From: Utricularia gibba
Taxonomy: Eukaryota > Plantae > Magnoliophyta
Assembly: GCA_002189035.1 (NCBI GenBank)
Contig: NEEC01000007.1
Coordinates: forward strand, 496,001-560,000
Reading direction: 5' to 3'
DNA length: 64,000 nucleotides
Shown: positions 1 through 13,425 of the stretch, one piece after another
Numbering within the stretch: position 1 is the first letter of the stretch
How the letters are laid out: every line of letters begins with the position of its first letter
Made by a program: the position numbers and the translations under genes
The notes under the pieces: generated by a model
What the model was told of the DNA's origin: nothing
Database searches by the model: none
Seen by the model: only the letters and a program-made list of their open reading frames with translations

Positions 1-1131
1 ATGGTCCATCGGCGCAAGAGCTGGGCCAGCCTCATAAGTCGGCCTGTAAGAATCTTTTCTCTGTCTCATTTGTTTGAAAAGAAACAGGAACTAGCAGGTT
101 TCTCCCAAGTCTTTTCGCCATGGAATCAATTCCTTTGGAAAAGTTTCTAAGAATGATGGTCTTGTTTGATGAAACTTTTTGAGAAAAATCTTGTAGATGA
201 TGAATTTATCATAGTCATTGGTGACCCAGAGAAAAAAGAGACCCAATCTCGTACAAATGGTGAATATCGTAGTAGCAGATGGAAGGGAAGATGCAAGAAA
301 GGCAAGAACACAAGGGTGTGAAACCATTGCAAGTTAGTAAACTGGGGCGCTATTTACCGTCTCTACAGAAACACAGTCATTTTGGGGGGTGATTCCTGGA
401 ATCCCTCATGAATTTATTCACACTTTCCGATACGTAACATGGGCATTTACTTGCCCAACTGCCAACTCCCCCAACTTTCTATTTTCCGGATCAAAATCAG
501 ATCTTGCTGCTATTTACCATGGCTACACATATCCACTCCCCAAACCAATTTCTTCTTCCTTCCCATTTCTCCCTACATTCATAAATTGGGAAAGTGGGAT
601 TTTGATATCTTGCCATGTGAATTCGTTACCCAGCTTCTGTGTTTTACTTTTCTTTTTACCCTTTTGTTCCCCCTTTCTGTGGCATTCTGCGCGGGTTCTC
701 GCCCAGCTGCCACAATGATGGTGAACACAGACAGTCAGATCTGCCTCTCAGATGGACCCAACTCTTGGGAAGCTACTTCCCTTGTTCTTTCAAGGCATCC
801 TTGATTCATAATCAGAAAAAAAAAGGATTTTTGTTTAACGGCCTGATGCTTCTGCGCCGATAGAAGCAATACAGAGAGCCATGATCCTGAAAAACACACT
901 CGGGGGATTTTTGTGTTACCAATTCAAAAAATAAGTATATGAATTATATAATCATATAAGATTGATATACTTATGATAGTTAATTAAATAACGATTTATA
1001 CGTAAACTTAAATATGAATCTACTATATTGTAATATAAAATACCATGTAACTATTGTGACAACTATAAGGACAAGATTTGGGAGAGTTTCATTGGATATT
1101 ACTATGTATATAAGCTCACACAAAAAACCCA

Positions 1132-1168
1132 GGCCCATGGGTCGAACTATATGGGCCGTATCTGGGCT
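1132..1168. promoter_or_regulatory. Three site II (TGGGCY) elements upstream of the UBP gene
   Basis: GGCCCA at 1132-1137, TGGGCC at 1152-1157 and TGGGCT at 1163-1168, about 330-370 nt upstream of the UBP ATG. This is the TCP-bound motif typical of plant housekeeping promoters. Confidence 0.5.
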
Positions 1169-1499
1169 CATATTTACAATATACGATGCGAATAATCCTA
1201 ATATCGAATTATATCTATTCGTTATTTTTTCAATATCTGTCGATTAAAAAAATAATTTAAATTGGGTTCACGTAATAATGATTGGGGTGGTAATTTGGAT
1301 TACTAGAACTTTAGGGGTCTTTAATGCAAATTATTGAAGAAACGTATATTACAATTCGGCCCACGATGGTTAGTTAGTTATGGTGGGTGGAGGAGGGAGT
1401 GAGAATTTCCCTCCATTCCAAAATTTCATACTCCCTCCCGAGTTTCCTTTCAAAACCCTACCATATCTTCTCCGCCAAAATCCTTCATTCCACGCCGTC

Positions 1500-3953
1500 A
1501 TGGTAATGCTGATCTCTGCTTCTCCTGGGTCTCCGGCGGAAGATAATTCGCCGATGGAGGATAATCGTCTTCACTCTTCATTGGCGTCGACATCTGAATC
1601 TCCAAATCGCGCATCTCTCGACGGTGTCTTTTTCTCTGATTGGTTTTCCCAAGAAGATTGCAAAACTGAAGTTGTAAGCCACGTTTAATTCGTTTTTTGT
1701 TTCTTAGTATGGCGATTTTTTTTCATTTCTACGGTCGGTGTGGTGTTGACTGGTGTGCGCCGCCTATTTTCCGGCTTGTTTATTATTTGAATTGTATCAT
1801 ACGCCACCGCGTACAGATTTTTTTTTTCTGTTCGTTTTTGCTGATTATTATGTATGTGAAATTGACAGGGGGCTGGGCTCGAAAATTTGGGTAATACGTG
1901 CTTTATGAATTCGGTGTTACAGTGCTTCATGCATACAGTTCCACTTCTTAATCAAATCTTCTCAGATGGGCGGTGCAAGCATTCTAATTGTAAGTCAAGT
2001 GATGTTGCCAATGCAATAGTTCTTTTTTTCCTGATATTTTTTTAACTTCCAATTTTTTTAATTATCCAGGTAGTGATGATGAATTTTGCACACTGTGTGA
2101 CCTGAAAGATCTAGTTAATCGTTCACTGAAGTGGCGGGTCTTGTTACCACGCAGAACCTTCAATAACTTAAATTGTATCCTTCTCTATTCATGAAATCTG
2201 GGTTAGATTGTGTTGTTTCTAGCGTTTTGAGTATTTAGTGAGCATTTTTTTTCGTGATCATTTCCCTGTTCGATATTGCCCTGCTTCTTTAACTTGGATG
2301 ACTTATCAGATATCTCTTCAAATTTCGAAAAGTACCACCAAGAAGATGCTCACGAGTTTCTCCAGTGTTATTTGGATAAGCTTGAAGGCAGTTTTGATTT
2401 GAATTCTTGTTCATCATCACACGGTGAGAACCCAGTGAAACTGGTGTTTGGCGGCCGTATCCTCAGCCAGGTGCAAGATTCAGTCTTGAAACTTCAATTC
2501 TTTCCATCATTAGAGTTTATGATCAGATTTCCATTCCTGCAAGTCAAGAATTTTTATATAAGTTGATTTTTGCAGCTAACCTGCTGTAGCTGCGGTCACT
2601 GTTCCAACACTTATGAGCCGTCCATTGACCTGAGTTTGGAGATCGAGGATGTTGATACTCTAGAAAGTGCCTTGCGGTCATTCACAAAGCTTGAGAAAAT
2701 TGAGGACCATGAAAATAAGATCACTTGCAATGGGTGCAAAGAGAAAGTATTCGTAGAGAAACAACTTTCTTTTCACCAGACCCCTCAAGTAGCCGTGTTT
2801 CATTTGAAGAGATTCAAGAATGATGGTTATTATGGTGAGAAAATTGATCAGCATGTGGCGTTCCCCATTGATTTGAACCTGCTTCCTTTCACCGGTGGAA
2901 ACAGTGACGTAAGTTTCTCTTTTATGTTCCTTTTCACCCCCGTGAGATACTCTGCTAGAAAACGAATGTTATCCGTTGACCTTGAAATCTCTACTCCCGT
3001 TCCGGGTTGCAGGGAGACCTTTGGTATTCTCTATATGCCGTCATAGTGCACTGTGGATCCGCTTCTACATCCGGCCATTACTGTTGCTTAATCCGTGTCT
3101 CCCAAAACACCTGGTGCAGCTTTGATGATTCATTGGTGAGCATCTTGTACCAATGATCCTATTAATCCTAAAATCTACCCTTTTGCAGCATTGTTCAGGC
3201 AGTTTTTCCCTAGTTCACTACTAATACTCCGCATTCCTTGCCAGGTCACAGAAGTCGATGAAGAGTACGTGCTATCGCAGCAGGCTTACGTTCTATTCTA
3301 TTCCAGGGAGGGGACCCCTTGGTTTTCAAGTTTCTCTGAAGCCCATAAATTGCGTTTGGAGACCCAAATCCCAAACACGTCGCCTAAGTCAGTTTTAGAA
3401 CAGCAGACAACATCGCCATCGCCTACTGAGCAGGACCCCGGATTTCGTCCTTATAGTGATATAGCAATCGAGTCAGACATTTTGAGCAACGAACAGGATC
3501 CAAGGCCCTGTTTATCACCGCATGATGCCCCGAGTACACCTACAAATCAGCAACCTCGGAATGTTTCTATGACCACAAGCCCTCAGTTGGAGATACCTGA
3601 GAGGATTCGTAGATCTCCACCGCCACAAGAGATTCACAGAGATGACCCATCCGGTAAGTTGACCTTCACTGATGAATAGCTTCAGTTAGGTGACGTTCTA
3701 CGTGTGTAGTAACACAGCTTTCTGCATTTCAGTTTCCCTTACACGCTTGACGGGTAGCAAGAGGCAAATGGACGAAAGCATGGATAACATGGAAACAAAG
3801 CAAGCACTCTCCCTCTTAAACAAGAGATTCCGAAGTTCAACAGCCAAGCAGCTGAGGGGTTCACTTTTGGGAAGTTTCCCTTCTCGCAGGATCAAGACGT
3901 TCTCCCATGGCTCAAATGCTCTACACCCAATTCATTCTCGGTCTTCCAGGTGA
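1500..3953 (+). CDS. Ubiquitin-specific protease (USP/C19 family), UBP20/UBP21-like, 8 exons
   Basis: Exons 1500-1673, 1869-1989, 2070-2174, 2310-2470, 2576-2908, 3013-3135, 3245-3653 and 3733-3953 join in frame. Motifs: Cys box [25 protein letters not shown], zinc-finger CSCGHCS, LKRF, His box GSASTSGHY and W..FDDS, then AYVLFY. Confidence 0.93.
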
Positions 3954-3966
3954 AACTACACCGCCG

Positions 3967-3986
3967 CCCCCCCCCCCCCCCCCCCC
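3967..3986. repeat. Poly(C)20 homopolymer
   Basis: 20 consecutive C, starting 14 nt after the UBP stop codon, in the convergent UBP/ITPK 3' interval. Confidence 0.9.
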
Positions 3987-4318
3987 GTTGTATTTATTAA
4001 ACATTCATCCTTGCAAATCTAGATTTTCCCTTTTGAATTGATCTAATAGTGAGGGCATGGGGCACTAACATCATGGATTGAAAACACTTAAACTGAAAGG
4101 AATCAAGCAACAGTTACGTATCTCCTTTCCAAAATGTCAGGTTCTGCAAAACAAATGCACGCCACTGAGCACATTAGACTGGGTGCAAAGAAAAAACATT
4201 TTATTGCTACTACTTACAGATTTGTATCTGTATGCATCACCTGAAAAACAAAAAAGATCTAACTCTTTCCCCTCACACCATCACCCCCCTTAGCTACAAG
4301 AGCACCAGCCCATGAATC

Positions 4319-5331
4319 TCAAATCTTTTCTTCACCAACATTTGCAGCTCCACCATCTTCACCCAGGTCCTTGCCATTCAACACATCCCAGAAGAAATCT
4401 GTCAGGACCTGTTCATAGCCTGGCATCTTGGCGTATCCAGGGAAGTAATTGATATCAATCACTAGATACCTATCACCATTTCTTGTGTCCCTTATTACAT
4501 CAAAATTGAAGAGATGCAACCCCAACTGGTGCCTCAATCCTCTTGCAACATCCGTTAACAGGCTCATCGGAGGAATCTCAACCATCCCATCTCCCAAATC
4601 CATCATCTTGTAATAGGAATCACCACTCATTTCTGCACCACTGAGATTTGATACCTGAGAGAATGACAATGAGCCTGAGAGTGTGTCAAGATTCTCCTCA
4701 TTCACATCTGGTAACGACTTTCTTTTCACACACTTGACATACTTTCCAACGACATAAACCTTGAAGATGACTCCCCATGATTCACAAATTCTTGTAGCAC
4801 GACTGGAGGTTTCAGTTTACTCAAACCGTCGGTACCGTATACCAGCGCCATTTTGTGAGACTTTGCGCTTCCGTCGGCCGCTACCGGCTTCGCAATCACC
4901 GGAAATTTCAAACCCCTTCGCTCCAAATCCAGGGTTGCCATACTGCCGGCGTCGTACACAGCGATCTGCTTCGGTATCCCGAACGAAACCGAGTGGCATT
5001 TGGAAAGACTCAGGTCCGTGACCACCTGCAGCATCGAAATGCGGTTGCGTAGCCTCTCGATTGCGTCCGGCGAATCTATGATCAGAACGGTGGGGTTCCT
5101 GGCGGCATATTCCTCCAACTGGCGCGTCCAGTCCGGACCGTAGATTTTATGGAGGACCAAATCGAAAGGCCCTTGCTCGATTAAGGGCTTTTCCAAATCG
5201 ATCTTGATTAGATCAATGGACCTCTCCTTGGCCACATTCACCAGAGAAACCTGAACGAAACTTGCCTGTTTCTTCGACGCCAGTGCATAACCGACGGCGT
5301 ACTGCCTCCCCTCCCGCTCAGGCTGGTCCAT
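4319..5331 (-). CDS. ITPK1: Inositol-tetrakisphosphate 1-kinase / inositol 1,3,4-trisphosphate 5/6-kinase (ATP-grasp), intronless, with an apparent 1-nt frameshift at 4773-4776
   Basis: Motifs [56 protein letters not shown] and [16 protein letters not shown]. The two track ORFs (4726-5331 and 4319-4729) fuse as [16 protein letters not shown] if the G4 run is G5. Confidence 0.92.
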
Positions 5332-5478
5332 GAAATCCCTCCGGCCGCAAAAGAAACACTATCCGCGAATGGAACACGACGGAGACGAAGCATAAGACGG
5401 AAAGCAAGATTCGAGGGTTTTTCAATTTAGGGAAAACACGGCGTCAAGTTACTACTGCTCTCTGAATTACCTTCCTTC

Positions 5479-5503
5479 CTTATAAGGCAAGCTTTCTCTC
5501 TCC

Positions 5504-5542
<39 letters not shown>
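5479..5542 (-). promoter_or_regulatory. ITPK1 core promoter: TATA-like CTTATAAG plus (CT)18/(GA)18 microsatellite
   Basis: CTTATAAG at 5479-5486, about 150 nt upstream of the ATG. (CT)18 at 5507-5542; GAGA repeats are known BBR/BPC binding sites. Confidence 0.55.
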
Positions 5543-5546
<4 letters not shown>

Positions 5547-6207
5547 GTATAACGCGTCACTAACCAAGGGGATGGAGTTCTCCTCTCTGCAAATACCTCA
5601 ATTAGTGCACTTTCTTAAAATTACAAACCGACCCTTAAAAAGGTGTAACTAGTGGATTTATCAAACATTTGGGGGGGAAAATAGCATATGATAGGAAATA
5701 GAAAAACATGTATTTACTATTTAGCCCTTCCCTACATACAGGGATCCGGGACGCTGTTGCGGGTAACCGGATCGAAAAACGGGTCACCCGAGGATGACAG
5801 ACCTCTGAAGGCGCCATTGACGCCAATCCACTGTTCATCGAGAACGAAACACCCTCCTTGGCGACTGGGTAGTTCATTGATCCATCTCTTCTGACTGCGC
5901 GGTTCGGTACTGGGTTGGATCGATGGTCTCCTTTTCAGTTCCTGGTGCCTGGATTTCTTAGCATTGAGAGACAGGCATGGTGTCCCACCTCACTGTGCTT
6001 GGATTTGTACTTCTCGTCTCCCTTCTCGCCCTCCAGGTTTGACTATGCATAGTATTAACGTTCAAAGAAAGGAGATTGAAGGTTTGTAGTTTCAGAGTCC
6101 ATGGCTAGCACACTGGCTTTATGCTCACAAAGTTTAAGATACAGTAGATTTCAGCAGGATGGAAAGAACAGTCTGCAATCATCGAAAGGGTTGTTTGATG
6201 ATATGAA

Positions 6208-8660
6208 CTATTTTCCAGCAAGTTTGGTGAGAACAGAGCCTGCTGTGCAGTAGGCAATTGCTTGAACTGTAAGCATCGGATTGACCCCCAATGCTGTCGG
6301 GAAGACACTGGTGTCCGCTACAAAGAGTCCATCGACCTCCCAAGTCTCGCCGGTTGGACGCACCGCCGACACGGCTGGATCCACACCCATCCTGCAACTC
6401 CCCATCTGATGAGCTGAACCAACTGACCATGACATTTTTTTCAATTGTTTATGACTTTCCTCCTTCACAAACGTCTCGAGCTCCTTCTCGCTTGCTTCCT
6501 TCACTTTCAGGACTTTCCCTGACCGGTGATGGGTCCCGATCTCCTCGGCTCCGGCAGCAGCCAGTAATCGAAGCATCGTCTCGATCCCTTTCTGTAAGTT
6601 TTCCTCATCCGACTTGTGGATCTTGTAACTTATGTGACTAGGGGAATGGACTTTTCCAGATCCTCTGTCCCTTGCCAGTGCAAATATATGTGCTGTTCTT
6701 GCAAATTTCAGCATCCTTTTCTTCATATCTTCCCCAGAAATCCATGGCATCATAACTGAGAACATACCTATTGCAAACACAAGACCAACTTCGTCAACTG
6801 GTTATTCAATAAGTCTAATGCTATTATATTCGAAGAGTACCTGGATGCAGAGCCGGAGTTTGAATCACGGCGCCGTAGTTAGAGTTCTCGGAGACAATGT
6901 GCTCGCTGGACATTGCGGTCATTATTCCTCCTTCGTAGCTTCTCTTCCCGGATTCCGGCCACAGCGAGGAATCAGAATCCGGGAAGTACCCCCAAGCCAT
7001 TGCAACTGGATGAAGGTGGAGGTTCTTGCCAATGTTTCGATTCTTCAGGCCGCTTTTCTTCAGCAACGGCGGCGTCGAGATGGCTCCACAGGCTACAATC
7101 GTCACCTGTTCGAGTCTGGAAGTCAGTTTCCTAGTCTTTTAAAGCGAAGACGTGGAAAAGGTTCCCTCACCTTCGATTCAATGCTGGCGATCTCGTTGCC
7201 ATTGAACTTGAATCTCACTCCCTTTGCTACCTTCTTACTTGTGATCACCTTCTCTACTTGGCATTCGGGAAGAATAACTCCATTGCCAGACTTGACCATA
7301 TCCAGGAGCCATGTCTGAGCGACCCCTTTCTTCCTCCCATCTCTGCAACCGAAGCAGCAGGAGCCGCAGTAGTGATCGGAGCCGGCGTTCCGAGGTATCG
7401 TCTCGACGGGGATTCCGAGGTTCTCGCATCCCTGTCTTAGGATCATGTTGTTGAACCCCTCGTTGTCAATTTCAGACTGAACTCCTATCCTTTGAGACAC
7501 CACATTCAATGCATCTTCATACAGATCACTCTGAAACATCTTCAAGCCCAGGGCCTCACTCCATTCCCTTCTAACGTGCTGCGGTGTCCTGATAGAAGCC
7601 GACCAGTTTATCGTGGATCCGCCGCCGACGGTTGCTCCGGCGAGGATGAAGACTTCCATGTTGGCGGAACCCATAAGCCCATTTCCAAGGTACATATGGT
7701 CCAAAGATTGCCCTTCAGAGAGTGGGAAACCAGTGCTTGGCAAGTAGCTGCCCTTTTCTAGTACAACAACTTTGTACCCTTGCTTTGCAAGAACTCCTGC
7801 GATGACGCCGCCGCCGGATCCAGAGCCGACGACCACGGCGTCGCACTTGATGGAAAAAGATGAGTCTTTGTGGTCAATAGCGAAGCCCAGGTCACGTAGC
7901 TTCCTAAAAGCTTCATCTTTTGATTTAAAGCTGATGATCCCTTGCTCTAGAGGTCCTCCATCGAACTCCTTCATCTGCTCTGGTTTTCTATCTCCGAGCT
8001 GCTGCAACTGCCTCGTCCATGAAACATGAACATGCTCCGGAATTTCGTATCCCATCGCTTTCCATGAAACGTTTTCAAACTTGTCATTCGCCTGCACTCA
8101 TTGACGGAGTCTCACTGGAGGTGGACAGCTTGTGAGAAGAGACAGAGGATAGGATCGTCACCTACCTGAGTGAAGTAGAGCATGTGACTACAGATCTTAA
8201 GAGAAGCGAAGAGAACTCGGAGGATGAAGATGTTGCTATTCGCCCATGAAAGCATAATCTCCTCACGCTTCTCAGGTTCGATTTTCGAGAATCTCCGGAA
8301 GTACGGAAACTCGCCGGAGATACTTTTCCGACCACACAACACTAACGTCCCCGGCACCGTCGACAGCGCCCAAAGCGACGGCCCCCTCAAGATCGCCAAC
8401 GGGTGGCGTACTTTCCCGAACAAAACCGCCAACTGTTCCGGAGTATATCACATAAATAATTGTCTTATCATGTAAAATGATTTACAGAAAGGAAACCGGA
8501 GTACATGCTCAGGGGTCCCCGCCGTGGACGCGGATGCGCGAAAATACTCCGCAACGGAATCCTCGGAACCCGGGGGCGGCTCCACGGACGGCAAAAAGGT
8601 GTCACACATGGCGGCGAGCGCCTCCATCTGCGGCGGCGTAAGAGTGCATTTCTCCGCCAT
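6208..8660 (-). CDS. FAO4A: Long-chain fatty alcohol oxidase (GMC oxidoreductase), FAO4A-like, 5 exons
   Basis: Exons 8660-8505, 8432-8166, 8091-7171, 7105-6841 and 6767-6208 are in frame. Motifs: FAD-binding [57 protein letters not shown] and [15 protein letters not shown]. Confidence 0.92.
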
Positions 8661-9660
8661 AGTACTTGAACGTATCTCTCAATTACTCCCCGGTTTCTGA
8701 GGCGGAGCAAGCGACACTCCAGCCCTCCTGTTGCTGTTCATTTATTAGAAGAGGTCACGCACGCAGGGCCGTGAAAAGGCCACCGGAAACCGTCAAAAAC
8801 AATCCAACGCCATTTTTTTATTTAAATAATTATTAACTCAAAAATTAGTATTTTTTATTGCAATAGAACTGACTTCAAAATTTAAATCCCAATAGACACA
8901 TGCTTGATGGACATCTAACATAACACATCATGTCACCCAATGAATTCAAAACTTACATATGGTTATTGTTCTTGTTTCGATTCCGGTTTCGGTTTTGGTT
9001 CTAATTCAAAATCAAATTTCGAAACCATATCGGTTCTCGATTATTAGAAAATCATACACGCCAATAGTTACCAAAAAAGACGCCCTAACCATGGAAACAA
9101 CCTTGTCGGTCATCGCTAACACATGACACATCCCTTGGTGCAACGTCTACATATATTTAAAATAATAATTGGAGCCCAAAATATTGAATTTGAATGGCGT
9201 CAGCATCCCTCATTTTCGAGTATGATTTAGAAATCCGATAATGAAATTAATTAATTTTTTCCTATTAATATGTAAAGTAGAAAAAAATAAATTTGGGTCA
9301 GGGATCAAGGTGATAGGACATGGCCTGGGCATTCATTAGTCGGGGAGGGTATGGGGCCCGGGTTCGGTTTGGTAGTTGGGAAGGCATTATTAACTCTGGA
9401 ATATTATTTTATTTTATTGTTTTTGGAAAACGTAACGTAATTAATTAAAATATTTATGAAAAAAATAGTACCTTATACGTGTAAGAGTTTTGAATTTGGA
9501 TTTTGACCGGACGCAGCGGGTCGTTGGCTTCATTATATGGGCATGCATGACCGGCACGTGCCAAAAGTAATCTCACACGTGTGCTGAAAACTACCCCTCC
9601 CGTAAATTAACAAACCTACCGGCAACTCCAACATTCCATTTTTTATTTAAAAAAGGTAAC

Positions 9661-9791
9661 TTGTGTCGTGTGTTATACTTAATAATATCTCAATTATTTG
9701 CGTATTGCAAAAAAAGAAGAGAAATAAAATATTAAAACAAATAATCTTACATCAAAGCATTAAATTTGTGTCGTGTGTTATACTTAATAAT
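9661..9791. repeat. 26-bp perfect direct repeat (2 copies, 105-nt period)
   Basis: TTGTGTCGTGTGTTATACTTAATAAT at 9661-9686 and 9766-9791, in AT-rich intergenic DNA. Confidence 0.85.
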
Positions 9792-10579
9792 GTTGCAATT
9801 ATAGAGCAAATAATTATAGATTAAAAATTAAATTAAATTAAATTAGTCAAATATATAAATTATTATTAATTTACGTTTTTTATGTATTTGAGATTTATGT
9901 ATATTTATCCGATATATTAGATTCTTAATATTAGTATAGACAATACAAAGGTTTTGATTGGTTGATGGAAACTAGACATAGGAGGGAATTGGATAGAAGT
10001 AGGACATGGTTGCTCTCATGTATCCGGAATAATTTTAAAAAAATAATTATTTTATTTTATATATGTGAAAAAAAAGATTATATTCTTATTAATTTTTATT
10101 CTAATGAATTTTTTTATAATTTCTTTTTAAAATTTTAGAAACATCAACTAATTTTACTTTTCATTCTCATTTTATTAAAATTTATTTTGAAAATGCATAT
10201 GGGAAGCAATTTTGGGAGTGAAAAAAAAAACTTTATTTGCTTTTGAAAAATGAAATCAGCAGTGATTATTAAACTACAGGGGAGGAGTTTGGGTGAGATT
10301 CGATGGAGCGTGACGATGCTGTGATGCCTGAGAACGTCCAATGGGCTGCAGTGTCTTGGTTGAGTAACCCTTTTGATTGGCCCGATATCCTTCTTCCTCG
10401 ATGAGCTTCACTTGCAGTGATGATCCTCTTCTTACCGCCTCCGTGGACTGTAGTTTGCCGGAAATTCTCTCTCTGATCTGCTCGTCAAGATCGTGTCTTG
10501 AAGATTGATTATTTATCACCGATGGCCGCCGCATAGCCGCCTCAACCAGCCAAGAAATAAGGATATATGGTTGTGTCTC

Positions 10580-12522
<1,943 letters not shown>

Positions 12523-12752
12523 GGAATATCTATCTCTCTATAACTGCTGCTGCAACTACAACTGAAGCTGCGATCGATGCAGATCACTGTTCAGGGAGGA
12601 GGTTCTTATAGATAGAGAAGGTCGGGGGAGAAGACGGGGACCATACCAGATGCGTGGATCCATCCGCAGTCCACAATGCACAGAATCTCTCCCCCCAAGG
12701 CTCCAGCTCATGCCCTCGAGCTGGCTCGGGCAATGCACTGCTTTGTATTCTA

Positions 12753-13064
12753 CACGTGTGCACCTTCTCCCACCCCCCAACATATCAAATTAATAAATAA
12801 ATTCCTCCCCTTTTTCTAACTTTTAAATTCCATTTTCCGTAAAGTCTATTTAGTATATCATTTTTGTAGCTGTCACACGTTAAATAGCATGCGAAAAGTA
12901 TTCTTATTATAAATTTTTTTTAAAGAATGTAGAAAAATAATATGCAATTTTGACATATGATACATGAATTCTTAAATCAAGAAGTCTGTCACATGTTAAA
13001 AATGAGTTCCCGTAAACTACCCTCTCCGGCAATCCGCCGGCCGCCGGCACCGGAGCCGCCACGT
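12753..13064 (-). promoter_or_regulatory. G-box, ABRE and GCC-box elements upstream of CYP707A
   Basis: CACGTG at 12753-12758. ACGTGGC (canonical ABRE, minus strand) at 13058-13064 overlaps AGCCGCC (GCC box) at 13054-13060. This fits the known ABA and stress inducibility of CYP707A genes. Confidence 0.45.
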
Positions 13065-13406
13065 AGTAATATGCATAGATTTGTGCATCTTGGATAACTT
13101 ATTAAAAGGAAGTTGTGGCGAGGGCTTGGAAATGGGAGCCCTATGACACTAAATATATTTTCGTATTTTTCAAGTTAAATAAAAATCCTAATATATTAAA
13201 TTATTATATAACAAACTATGATCATACTCATATATTTATAATTTTGTATAATATTTTTTTTAAAACATAAAATCGTAAAGATTAGATATCCAAATTGAAC
13301 AATATCATATAAGAAACAACGGGATCGCGACATTTGTAAGATTCCTTGCATAGTAAGGTTAGCACCCAGCTTGTGAGCTCGGAGGCTTGAAAGTATTTGG
13401 CATTTA

Positions 13407-13425
13407 GGGGGGGGGGGGGGGGGGG
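13407..13425. repeat. Poly(G)19 homopolymer
   Basis: 19 consecutive G in intergenic DNA. Confidence 0.9.

Noticed and set aside
5635-5894. Overlapping short ORFs between ITPK1 and FAO
   Set aside because: Each frame contains stops and none has a recognisable motif. The region is compatible with FAO 3'UTR and ITPK1 upstream DNA.
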